Of a DNA stretch of 64,000 nucleotides, positions 39,109 to 47,756 are shown in pieces (position 1 is the first letter of the stretch; every line of letters starts with the position of its first letter). The notes under the pieces are model-generated. The model saw only the letters and a program-made list of their open reading frames with translations. It did no database searches and was not told the origin of the DNA. The stretch spans positions 224,001 through 288,000 of the forward strand of contig CAVXTH010000005.1 of the NCBI GenBank assembly GCA_963764625.1. The letters are read 5' to 3'. This DNA comes from Candidatus Krumholzibacteriota bacterium. Lineage in GTDB: Bacteria > Krumholzibacteriota > Krumholzibacteriia > JAJRXK01. The translations under genes and the position numbers were made by a program.

Positions 39109-40845
39109 CTAAATGCTCAGCTTGCGGGGCGTTCTTCCCTGCAGCCAGAAGTCATAGACGGTTCGGGTGAAGATCAACGCGGAGAACATGCTGGTCAGAA
39201 TCCCGATGCTCAGCGTGACGGCGAATCCCTTGATGGGGCCAGTCCCGAAGTAGTACAGCACCACGGCGGCGATGAAGGTGGTGAGGTTCGCGTCCACGAT
39301 GGTGCGCGTGGCATTCGCATACCCCGCGTCGATCGAGGCTCGCACCGACTTTCCTTCGCGCAATTCCTCTCGGATGCGCTCGAAAATGAGTACGTTCGCG
39401 TCGACCGCCATCCCCACCGTCAGGATGATCCCCGCGATACCAGGCAGAGTCAGGGTGAGGTGCAACTGGGCCAACAGTCCCATCAAGAGCAGCAGGGTCA
39501 CGAACAGCCCAAAGGTCGCCAACACCCCCGCCACGCGGTAGTAGACGATGATGAAGATCACGACCACGATGAAGCCCAGGATGGCCGCGTTTACTCCCTG
39601 TTTAATGGAGTCTCGTCCCAGGCTCGGCCCCACGGTGCGCTCTTCGGCGATGCTGACATCGGCGGGAAGAGCACCGGCCCTGAGCATCAGAGCCAGGTCG
39701 CGCGCCTCGGCATCGGTGTTGAAGCCACCGGAGATCACGGCCGAGCCGTTGGGAATACGCGAGCGGATGTTCGGTGCGCTGATCACCACGTCGTCCAACA
39801 CAATGCCGAGCTTGCGTCCGACATTGGCGCCGGTCACGTTCGCGAACTTGATGCCGCCGCGGCGGCTGAAGCCCAGATTCACCATGAGAAGCGGCGGCCG
39901 ATCGGGATCGGGAGAGACCCCAGCGTTGCGCACTTCGCCTCCGGTGAGCTCGATCTTCTTGTCCACCAGATAGAGCAAGTAGGCTGGACGGCCGTCGTTG
40001 CCGGTGAGCTTCTCGCTGCCCCACAGGAACTCGGCGTCACGCGGCATCATGCGCTGGGCCGCCGGTGTATGGAGCAGGGCGTCGACCCGGTCCTTGTTCG
40101 GCTCGGTGACCGGAAGTCCTCCCCGGTTCTTCAGGAAGGGCCCCATGAGAGAGGTGAGAGGGTGCTGCTTCTCCCAGTCGTCGACTGAATTCTCCGTCTG
40201 GTCCTCCCCGCCGAGATCGGTGAGGAGATCCCCCTGGGAGCTGTCCGCCTTGGCGACCTGCCCGTTCGCCTTCGAGGCGGTGGAGTCGGGGGCGATGGTC
40301 TGGGTACCCCCGTTCTCCTGGGCGGCAGAGGTCGAATCGGCGGCCGTCTCGCTTCCCGTCAGAACCCGATCCAAACGAGCCAGAAGACTGGTGATGTCTG
40401 CGCCTTCGCGAACCATGCGGAATTCGAGACGCGCGGTGCGGCCGATCAGCCGCTTCGCCCGCTCAGCATCCTGGAGCCCGGGCAATTGCACGATGATCCG
40501 GGAGGTTCCCTCGCGGCGCACATCCGGTTCGGAAACCCCGAACTGGTCGATGCGGTTGCGGAGGATTTCCAGCGTGCGCTTGATCGCGTCCTCGGAGGTG
40601 CCCTGCTCGACCGTGCTTTGATCCACGTCGAGCACGAGGTACATCCCGCCCTGGAGGTCGAGTCCCCGCTTGATTGCGTGGGCATGGAGCTTGTCCAGCT
40701 TGGCCACTCCCTTCGGAGTGGCGGCGAGGGACGTTTCGGTCTCGGCGCTCATGCGGCTCAGCTGGAGAGTGGGCCAGAGGTTGATCGCGGCCCAGATCGC
40801 CAGCACCACGATGAGGGCGGCCTTGATCTGTAGTGATCGTTTCAT
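39109..40845 (-). CDS. secD: Protein translocase subunit SecD
   Basis: GLDLQGG, RIDQFGVSEP, IVLDD, LRAGALP, VGPSLG, GMAVDANVLIFERIREE, GPIKGFA. Confidence 0.96.
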   Translation of the reverse strand: MKRSLQIKAALIVVLAIWAAINLWPTLQLSRMSAETETSLAATPKGVAKLDKLHAHAIKRGLDLQGGMYLVLDVDQSTVEQGTSEDAIKRTLEILRNRIDQFGVSEPDVRREGTSRIIVQLPGLQDAERAKRLIGRTARLEFRMVREGADITSLLARLDRVLTGSETAADSTSAAQENGGTQTIAPDSTASKANGQVAKADSSQGDLLTDLGGEDQTENSVDDWEKQHPLTSLMGPFLKNRGGLPVTEPNKDRVDALLHTPAAQRMMPRDAEFLWGSEKLTGNDGRPAYLLYLVDKKIELTGGEVRNAGVSPDPDRPPLLMVNLGFSRRGGIKFANVTGANVGRKLGIVLDDVVISAPNIRSRIPNGSAVISGGFNTDAEARDLALMLRAGALPADVSIAEERTVGPSLGRDSIKQGVNAAILGFIVVVIFIIVYYRVAGVLATFGLFVTLLLLMGLLAQLHLTLTLPGIAGIILTVGMAVDANVLIFERIREELREGKSVRASIDAGYANATRTIVDANLTTFIAAVVLYYFGTGPIKGFAVTLSIGILTSMFSALIFTRTVYDFWLQGRTPRKLSI

Positions 40846-40997
40846 TCCGTTTTCACCCAACTGGCACTGGAAATGAGGTCCGCGCCCTTAGGTATTGGTT
40901 GATGCCGTGAGAATCAGCCGGGCACACCCGGCCTCAGCGAGATCCGGGCGGAGGCGGCCTTTTGGCAAGGAGTTCCGTCTGCGACCGAAACCCAACA

Positions 40998-41025
40998 AGT
41001 ATAGCCGGGGCACTCAGCCTGTCAA
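40998..41025 (-). promoter_or_regulatory. sigma70-type promoter for secDF
   Basis: TTGACA-N16-TATACT on the minus strand. Confidence 0.6.
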
Positions 41026-41040
41026 CGGAGGCACTGAGCT

Positions 41041-42210
41041 TCAGGACTGCGGAGTGCTCGCGATGATCTCGCTCAGAAACACCGGTTTGACGTCCTGAGG
41101 GTCCAGTTGGGGCAGGATTCGCTCCAACACCCGCGCCGTAGCCGGCCGGGGATGGCCGATTCCCACCGCGGTTCCCTTGCGGCGGGCCCGCTCGATGAGC
41201 CGCTGCAGGCGCTGTTCGATGACGGCGGGATCCTCCACGTCGAGGTCCAAGAAGAGGTCATTGCGCAAGGCGGGCACCTTCTGTCGGCGCGCCGTCTGGT
41301 AGGCCACCGAATGGGGAGTGGTGAGGCTATCCAGGAAATACAGGCCCCGCTCGGCCAGCACTTGCGCCACCACCTCCATCCCCTCGGGATGCTGGGTGAA
41401 TTCGCTGCCCATGTGGTTATTGACGCCCTGCACCCCGGACAGGCCGTCCAGCGCGCGCTCGAGGCTGCGGCGAATCTCCTCGCGACTCATGTCCACCATC
41501 AGGGCCAACGGCCCCGGACCGGGGGTCGAGCCGGCTACCGGCTCCATCGGCATGTGGAGGATTGTCTCCTTCCCGGCGCGATGCGCCTCGCGCAGCACCC
41601 TCAGGCTGGCCGGTCGCTCGGGAAGAATGGCTACCGTGATGGGCACCGACAGAGCCAAGAGTTCGCGCACCGTGGCATTTAGATTGTGCCCGAAGTCATC
41701 CACCACGATGGCCAGACGGCCCTTGGGCGGAGGCGGGGGCTCGATCTCCGGCGCGCGCGGGCCGCGCCGGGCCAAGAGCCGATGACTGACGTACCCGCGC
41801 CCCCCGAGCCAGAGTTCGAGAACCGAGGAACCGTTCTGTTCGAAGCGTTCTCCCCTTGCGACCTCGCCCCCGGCCGCTTCGATCCGCCGGGTGACGGCCA
41901 CGTTCAGGTCGAAGAGATCACAGCTCGCACCGACCTCAACGCTCACGGGATGACCCGGTCGAGTGACGATGCTGTCCTGGGGAATGCCCAGGTCGAGAAG
42001 CCCCTGGCGCAGGCTGCGCTCCCAGATCGGGTCACAGTGCTCGCGGGCGCTTTGCACGCCCTTCTCCGCCAGCCAGATTTCTCCCCGATCGCTCTGCAGC
42101 CAGCTAACCGCGGCGCTGGCGGCGACCAGGATGAGCACCAGAGCGAGGAGCGTGAAGCGCAAACCCCGTGGCATTTTCTTTTTCCGGCGGCGCTTGGAAC
42201 TTGCGAACAT
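41041..42210 (-). CDS. Divergent polysaccharide deacetylase family protein (YibQ-like)
   Basis: LAIVVDDFG, LHMPMEP, GVNNHMGS, YFLDSLT, DLFLD, IGHPRPAT; N-terminal TM anchor. Confidence 0.9.
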   Translation of the reverse strand: MFASSKRRRKKKMPRGLRFTLLALVLILVAASAAVSWLQSDRGEIWLAEKGVQSAREHCDPIWERSLRQGLLDLGIPQDSIVTRPGHPVSVEVGASCDLFDLNVAVTRRIEAAGGEVARGERFEQNGSSVLELWLGGRGYVSHRLLARRGPRAPEIEPPPPPKGRLAIVVDDFGHNLNATVRELLALSVPITVAILPERPASLRVLREAHRAGKETILHMPMEPVAGSTPGPGPLALMVDMSREEIRRSLERALDGLSGVQGVNNHMGSEFTQHPEGMEVVAQVLAERGLYFLDSLTTPHSVAYQTARRQKVPALRNDLFLDLDVEDPAVIEQRLQRLIERARRKGTAVGIGHPRPATARVLERILPQLDPQDVKPVFLSEIIASTPQS

Positions 42211-42316
42211 CGATGGGGGTTCTCCGGTGGGGTCTCAGAGCGCGCGGGGCCCAGCTCCACGCGCCGCGGGTTCGCGCTTTCTTAGCACAGGGTTTGCCGG
42301 TCCGTCCACGAACGAA

Positions 42317-42344
42317 GATGCCCCCGCCCAAGGGCGGGGGCATC
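42317..42344 (-). terminator. Strong GC hairpin; probable terminator after the lipoprotein gene
   Basis: GATGCCCCCGCCC-AA-GGGCGGGGGCATC (13-bp perfect arms), followed by TTCGTT on the minus strand. Confidence 0.7.
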
Positions 42345-42376
42345 AGCTGCGGAATCCGGTGCGCGGATTCAGGGAA

Positions 42377-43006
42377 TCAGGCGCCCACATCCTGTCCCTG
42401 ATCCTCCCAGACCTTGATCTTGTAGATGTCCGGTCCGTCCGGCTGCGAGACTTTGATCACGTAGAAGTCGTTGTCTCCGGTGACCAGGGTGTACTGCGAC
42501 AACCCTTGGAATTGCACTTTGATGCCCACCTTGTAGCGCGCCTTCAGCGTTCCCTCGTAGAGCGGATCCGTGCCGGGATCGGTCCAGTCGATGATCTTGA
42601 CGAAGGTGGTGAACTCGATGCTCAGAATGGGAGGGATCGCTTCTTGGGTGATCAGATCGAACCCGGCGTCCCCGCGGAACATCGCGCCGGCCGAGTCGAG
42701 TTCATTTTGGCGACCCCAGCTGGGACCGATGAAATTGTCGAGCCCGTCGTTGGGATCGAAGAAGAACAGAAATTGATCGTCCAGAAGTTTCTCGTACTCC
42801 ACGATCGAGCGTTGCTCCCAGACGTTCTTGAAGTTCGCCATGAGACTATCCGGCGTGGTGGCGAGGCCAATGGGGCCGCCGGTGTCGGGCGGGGGAACCT
42901 TGCTCTCGTCGGGAGAGAACACGCCGCAGCCCATACCCAGCGCTGCGACGAGGAACAACAGGAGGACGGGAGTCAGTCGGCGACCGAATCGAGTTGAGGC
43001 AAACAT
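42377..43006 (-). CDS. Lipoprotein of unknown function (NTF2-like fold suspected)
   Basis: LLLFLVAALGMG-C lipobox, GGAGG SD; TPDSLMANF..W...Y..LL..F.F motif shared with the neighbouring lipoprotein; C-terminal W-E-D. Confidence 0.75.
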   Translation of the reverse strand: MFASTRFGRRLTPVLLLFLVAALGMGCGVFSPDESKVPPPDTGGPIGLATTPDSLMANFKNVWEQRSIVEYEKLLDDQFLFFFDPNDGLDNFIGPSWGRQNELDSAGAMFRGDAGFDLITQEAIPPILSIEFTTFVKIIDWTDPGTDPLYEGTLKARYKVGIKVQFQGLSQYTLVTGDNDFYVIKVSQPDGPDIYKIKVWEDQGQDVGA

Positions 43007-43113
43007 GAGCTGAAACCTCCAATGAAGCGTCCTTGTGGACAGGATTGTAGCAGATCTCCGGGGACGACGCCATCGCCCCACGCAAGCTGAATCATGGGTC
43101 TAGCAAATGGGTG

Positions 43114-43683
43114 TCAGTTTCCTCCCCCTAATTCGGCCCTCAGTTCCCCGAAGGGAAGTCCCGAGCTGTCATTGTCCCTCCAGAGGACCAGGGTCACCAG
43201 ACTCTGGCGCAGAAACTCGTAGTCGGCGATGCCGTCCCAACTTCGACCGGTGGGGGCGCCCGAGGCGTCCACTTCGTTGATGACGTACCGCGCGGTGATG
43301 GTTGTGATGTCACCGCTGTCGGATTCCGAGATGATGCTGTCGGTGAGAGCAGCACTATAGAGAGCGCCCTCGAAGGCACTCTGGATGAAGTTGCTCTCCC
43401 GATCCTTGTTCCAGACCGTGGCGAACACCGAGGGATACAGCGCCATCAGATTCGCCGTGGGCTCGTACACGAAATCGGTGCCGATGACTTTGAGGTATTC
43501 GTTCGCGTCTCCACAATGCAACGCCCCCTCCAGATTGAAGATCACGTTTGGCACCGAGTCGTTGAACTTGAAACTGACGTCGCAGCCGCCTCCGAAGATG
43601 GGCGCCTCCGGGGTGCGCGTATGGAAGAAACACCCCCCCAAGAGCAAGCTGGCGAGCACCGTGATGAAGAGAAGACGCAACAT
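43114..43683 (-). CDS. Lipoprotein of unknown function, apparent paralog of 42377..43006
   Basis: MLRLLFITVLASLLLGG-C lipobox; FHTRTPEAP; PNVIFNL...Y.....DFVY; W-R-D; ends FGELRAELGGGN. Confidence 0.75.
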   Translation of the reverse strand: MLRLLFITVLASLLLGGCFFHTRTPEAPIFGGGCDVSFKFNDSVPNVIFNLEGALHCGDANEYLKVIGTDFVYEPTANLMALYPSVFATVWNKDRESNFIQSAFEGALYSAALTDSIISESDSGDITTITARYVINEVDASGAPTGRSWDGIADYEFLRQSLVTLVLWRDNDSSGLPFGELRAELGGGN

Positions 43684-43693
43684 GCGAGGCCTT

Positions 43694-45850
43694 TCAGAAA
43701 GCCCAGGTAACATAGGTGGACGAGGTGAAATAGCGCCGGTCTCGCGCGATGCGGATGACCCGTGGGGGTCCGTAGGCCCACACGTACCCCAGATCCAGGG
43801 AGAGGGTGAGACGGTCGTTCAGGAACGACTGATTCCCGCTCAGTCGGGTACGAAGATCTCCCAGGAACTCGTCGTTCTTACCCTGCAGGGTGCGAAAAGT
43901 CCGATTGGTTTCGACCGAGGCGGAGTACCCGAACACGATCGGCACCTTGACCGATGCCTTGAGTCTCTGTTCGTCCTGGCGGCGGTTCAAATCGTCGCTG
44001 TATCCGCCCGCCTCCACCTCGCCGAGGAGCAATTTGTTGCCGCCCCGCGTGCGATCGATGGTGTGACTCAGCATGAAGCCGATCGCCCCAGGGAAGCCCA
44101 AGCTGAGATCGGACGTGAGCTGGGTGCGCTTGTAGAACTTGTCCCTCTGCGTCACTTCCGGAACGTAGGAATAGAGGTAGTCCGTGTAGTCGATGCCCAG
44201 CTGGTAGCTCTGGGTGAAACTCACTGCCGAGCTGAGTTGCCACTTGTAGTCCCCAGTGACCTTCCAGGTGTCCTGGTCGCGATTGTTGTTGGCCACCTGC
44301 CTTCCATCCAGAAACACGTTGGCGGTAGTCTTGTACGACCCCACCACGGAGACGTCGATCTTGGTGAACGCTTTCGAACTGAGCTTGGCTTCCAGCCGCT
44401 TGGAAAGGACGTCGGTGTCCAGGGTTCCCGTCTCCAACTTGTAGTTGTACACCTGTTGGGTCAGATCCTCTCCGTAGAGAACCCTGAGATCGGTGGCGCC
44501 CAGTAGATGCTGGTCGAGGGTGAAGGCAATGTTGTTCGAGTTGCTGAAGTGCTTTCCGCGCAGCTCTTTCGTATCCCGAGCGCGCCGATCGTCCCAGCGC
44601 TGGACGAGCCCGAGACTCACTTTGAGGCTTCCCGCCTCCGCGTAGTGAAAGTAGACGTCGCCCGAGAAATTCTGATTCTGTTCGGGAATGAACCCCTGCT
44701 CGCTCAGCTTGTAGCGAGTCTCCTTGCTCTCGTAGCCGAAGCTTAGCCTCGTACTCACGGAGCGGAATACCGGCGTTTGCGCCGTGAGATTGACGCTTGT
44801 CAGGTTCCGGTTCTCGGTTTCGTTTCCCACGATCTTCAGGCGCGTGGAGGGGTCGAAGAGCGAGACCCCGCGGAAGTCCTTCAGGTAGTCGAGCCGTTCT
44901 TCGTCGAAGACCTGGCGGCTGACCTGGGCGGAGAAACGACGGCTGGTGCCCTGGGACCAATTCATGTTTACCCCCAGCGTGTCGCTCACGCTGGTCTTGG
45001 TGTTGGTCAGGGCGTCACTTCCGTCGGTCGCGGCCGAGAGGGTCTGGGGTCCGGCGGACACGTCGAACCCGGCATTCACCGCGAGACCGAGATCCCCCAG
45101 CTTGCGGCCAGCGCCGAGGCTGACGGTGCCCTTGTTCAGAGTCGAGTTCCCGGCTCCCGAGCGCGAACCCGAACTGATCTTGTTGTCGGCGATGTTGCCT
45201 CGAATGGACCACTTGCTGTCGATCCCCGTGTCGCCGAGGTCCACGGCGCCGTTCAGGATGGATGACAGATTGGTGTTCTCCGAGGTGCTGTTGGCGAATC
45301 CCACGCGCTCCGATTCGTTGGTCAGGCGGCTGAAGTCGAGGCTAAAACTCCCCCAATCGCTCATGGGCCGTTTCCAGCTGCTCCTGAGGGTGCGACCGTT
45401 TTTCTTCTGCTGGGTGGCGGGTTCCTCGGAATGTTCTCGATGATAACTGCTGGTGGTCGAGAACCCACCCGCGACCATGAGTGGCAGATTGATGTCGAAG
45501 TAGGGACCGAAGCTCGATTGGCTGGAGTTGAATCCCCCCTTGACCGAGGGACGCTTCGCTGGCTCCTGCCCCGCAAAGGCAAGCCAAGACATTCCGCCCA
45601 CTGCCTGCAGCTTTGCGCGTAGGTTCTGGACCGTGAGGGTATCCGCCGCGGCGGTCGCGGTGGCGGCCGATGTGTCGCTGGCTGCTTGACTGAAACTGGA
45701 CAAGTTTCCTGCCTCCGTCTGCGCGCTGTCGGCGGCTGCGTCGCTCTGGGCGAGAACCTTCCCGGCGCTCGTCAACAAGAGCCCGAACACGAGAGCCGCC
45801 TCTACGACGCCACGAGCTGTGGTCCTCCACCCCCTGCGGCTCCTGGTCAT
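43694..45850 (-). CDS. Putative outer-membrane beta-barrel protein (about 718 aa)
   Basis: Signal peptide (..GKVLA/Q), long run of alternating S/T/N/Y/F beta-strand-like segments, C-terminal YVTWAF (BAM beta-signal-like); ATG at 45850 overlaps the rsmA stop. Confidence 0.75.
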   Translation of the reverse strand: MTRSRRGWRTTARGVVEAALVFGLLLTSAGKVLAQSDAAADSAQTEAGNLSSFSQAASDTSAATATAAADTLTVQNLRAKLQAVGGMSWLAFAGQEPAKRPSVKGGFNSSQSSFGPYFDINLPLMVAGGFSTTSSYHREHSEEPATQQKKNGRTLRSSWKRPMSDWGSFSLDFSRLTNESERVGFANSTSENTNLSSILNGAVDLGDTGIDSKWSIRGNIADNKISSGSRSGAGNSTLNKGTVSLGAGRKLGDLGLAVNAGFDVSAGPQTLSAATDGSDALTNTKTSVSDTLGVNMNWSQGTSRRFSAQVSRQVFDEERLDYLKDFRGVSLFDPSTRLKIVGNETENRNLTSVNLTAQTPVFRSVSTRLSFGYESKETRYKLSEQGFIPEQNQNFSGDVYFHYAEAGSLKVSLGLVQRWDDRRARDTKELRGKHFSNSNNIAFTLDQHLLGATDLRVLYGEDLTQQVYNYKLETGTLDTDVLSKRLEAKLSSKAFTKIDVSVVGSYKTTANVFLDGRQVANNNRDQDTWKVTGDYKWQLSSAVSFTQSYQLGIDYTDYLYSYVPEVTQRDKFYKRTQLTSDLSLGFPGAIGFMLSHTIDRTRGGNKLLLGEVEAGGYSDDLNRRQDEQRLKASVKVPIVFGYSASVETNRTFRTLQGKNDEFLGDLRTRLSGNQSFLNDRLTLSLDLGYVWAYGPPRVIRIARDRRYFTSSTYVTWAF

Positions 45851-46689
45851 GATGGGTTCCGCAGCTCTTTTAAGTAGAGGTCCAGGGCCCGAAAATCCGA
45901 ATCGCTCAGATCCTCCGGACGAGATCGGGGGTCGATTCCGATCGTCTCCTTGATGCGGTCGAGCTCGTCGCTGTCGACGTCCCAATTCCGCTTCAACAAT
46001 CCCCCAACTTGCTTGCGCCGTTCGCGGAACAGCGCCTTGACCAGAGCCGTCCCGCTCTCTCCCAACTCCACGCTGTTCTTCCGTGGCCGAAGCTCCACCA
46101 CCGCCGAATACACTTTGGGCGGCGGAAGGAACGAGCCCGGACGCACCCGGAAGACTCTTCGCGCATGACACCGAGCACCCAAGAGCACCGTGAGCACGCC
46201 GTAATCCCTTCCGCCTGGCCGCGCGCAGAGACGGGCGGCTACTTCGGCCTGCATCATGAGAATCGCGCCTCTGCACGCGGGCCGAATGATCGCCTCACGC
46301 AGGGCGAAGAGCACGGGGCTCGTCACCTGGTAGGGTAGATTCCCCGCGAAACACATGGGCTCCTGGCCCACCATGTCGGCCAGATTCTCCCGGGCGATGT
46401 CCGCCCGGCGTACCGTCAGGCCGCTGGGCACGTACTCGGTTTCGAGCAGCTCGATCATCCGATCATCGAGTTCGAGGGCTTCCACTCTCAGACCTGCGTT
46501 CAGCAGGGCGCCGCTCAGGGCGCCCGCGCCGGCTCCCAATTCGACCACGCGCTCAGCGCCCAAAAGCTGAACGGAATCCACGATCCGTGCCAGAACCCGC
46601 TGATCGACCAGGAAATGCTGGCCCAGACGCTTGCTCAGGCGCAAACCGTACTTCCGCAGAAGCGCTGCTTGGGTTTCATGCGGAGTCAT
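45847..46689 (-). CDS. rsmA: 16S rRNA m6,2A dimethyltransferase RsmA/KsgA
   Basis: KRLGQHFL, ELGAGAG, NLPYQVTSP, QAEVAARL, FLPPPKV.SAVV, RRK, RPEDL. Confidence 0.94.
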   Translation of the reverse strand: MTPHETQAALLRKYGLRLSKRLGQHFLVDQRVLARIVDSVQLLGAERVVELGAGAGALSGALLNAGLRVEALELDDRMIELLETEYVPSGLTVRRADIARENLADMVGQEPMCFAGNLPYQVTSPVLFALREAIIRPACRGAILMMQAEVAARLCARPGGRDYGVLTVLLGARCHARRVFRVRPGSFLPPPKVYSAVVELRPRKNSVELGESGTALVKALFRERRKQVGGLLKRNWDVDSDELDRIKETIGIDPRSRPEDLSDSDFRALDLYLKELRNPS

Positions 46690-46893
46690 ACACCAGAACG
46701 CGAGAGCGCCGTCACGAAGCCGGCCTTGAACCACTGAGGACGAGAATCCCCTCGATGTCCGAGTTCCACGAACTCGGGGACACGCCCGAAACGAGCGCGA
46801 ACCGTAGCACAGATGCGCTGGCAAGACCTCCGGAGAGGAGAGGCGAGAGGATGAGGAGGACCGGTGGAATCCCGATCCTTGTTTGATAGCAAG

Positions 46894-46923
46894 AGGATAG
46901 CACCCCGAGCCTTGGCCTGTCAA
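46894..46923 (-). promoter_or_regulatory. Candidate sigma70 promoter upstream of rsmA
   Basis: TTGACA (overlapping the tatD stop)-N18-TATCCT with extended -10 TGn. Confidence 0.5.
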
Positions 46924-47753
46924 CGCGCCTGCTTCGTGGGTACTGCGCAGCGCGAGGGCCGCAGGGCGTGGAAATAGGGCGAGAATTCGACCGCGAACAG
47001 GGCAGCGAACGAGGTGGCCATGCACTCTGCGAGTTCCTCGATGCCGATTCCCCGCGCGCTGGCGAGATGCTCCGCGGTCAGACGCAAATAGGCCGGTTCG
47101 TTGCGGCGCCCGCGGAAGAGCTGCGGCGGGAGCCAGGGAGCGTCTGTCTCCAGCAGCAGACTCTGCAAGGGAAGTCCCTCGATCGCCACGGGCAGCTTGG
47201 ATTTGGGGTAGGTGAGGGGACCGCCCACCCCCAAGAGGAATCCCTCTTCGTGCGCCCACCGGGCAAATTCTGCGTCGCCCGCGAAAGCGTGGAAGACACC
47301 GCGTCTCTCAGGAAGGCCCTCTTCGAGCAGGAGGGCTCGCGCCCTGGCATAGGCGTCGCGCACGTGGAAGATCATGGGCAGCTCGTGTCGCTTGGCCAGG
47401 GCGATCTGGGCGCGAAAGGCTTCTTCCTGCAGCGGCCGCGGTGAAAGGTCACGATAGAAATCGAGCCCGCATTCCCCCACGGCGACGATGCGCCCTGAAC
47501 TCGCCAACTCCTCGAGGAGAGCTTCGGTCGTTGCGTTCCAATCTCTCGCGTCGTGCGGATGAATGCCGGCGGCGACCCACTCGTCGTCTCCGGCTGCCGC
47601 CTGCTCGAGAGCCGCATTTATGGAAGGTGCGTCGTAGCCGACGTGGAGATACGCGCTGACCCCGGCCGCCCGCGCTCGCTCGCGCACCTGCGCCCGGTCG
47701 GAATCGAACTCGTCCCGGCCCAGATGAAGATGACTGTCGATGAGCCCCGCCAC
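46920..47753 (-). CDS. tatD: TatD family deoxyribonuclease
   Basis: IDSHLHL, GIHPH, VGECGLDF, HVRDA, GVFHAF, LLETDAP, RNEP. Confidence 0.93.
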   Translation of the reverse strand: MAGLIDSHLHLGRDEFDSDRAQVRERARAAGVSAYLHVGYDAPSINAALEQAAAGDDEWVAAGIHPHDARDWNATTEALLEELASSGRIVAVGECGLDFYRDLSPRPLQEEAFRAQIALAKRHELPMIFHVRDAYARARALLLEEGLPERRGVFHAFAGDAEFARWAHEEGFLLGVGGPLTYPKSKLPVAIEGLPLQSLLLETDAPWLPPQLFRGRRNEPAYLRLTAEHLASARGIGIEELAECMATSFAALFAVEFSPYFHALRPSRCAVPTKQAR

Positions 47754-47756
47754 GGT

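Noticed and set aside
45847-47259. Long N-terminal extensions given in the ORF track for rsmA (likewise the barrel, tsaD, DUF4159, the AsnB-like protein and the TPR lipoprotein)
   Set aside because: The extensions overlap upstream genes or promoters and are low-complexity; downstream ATGs with an SD or stop-start coupling fit better
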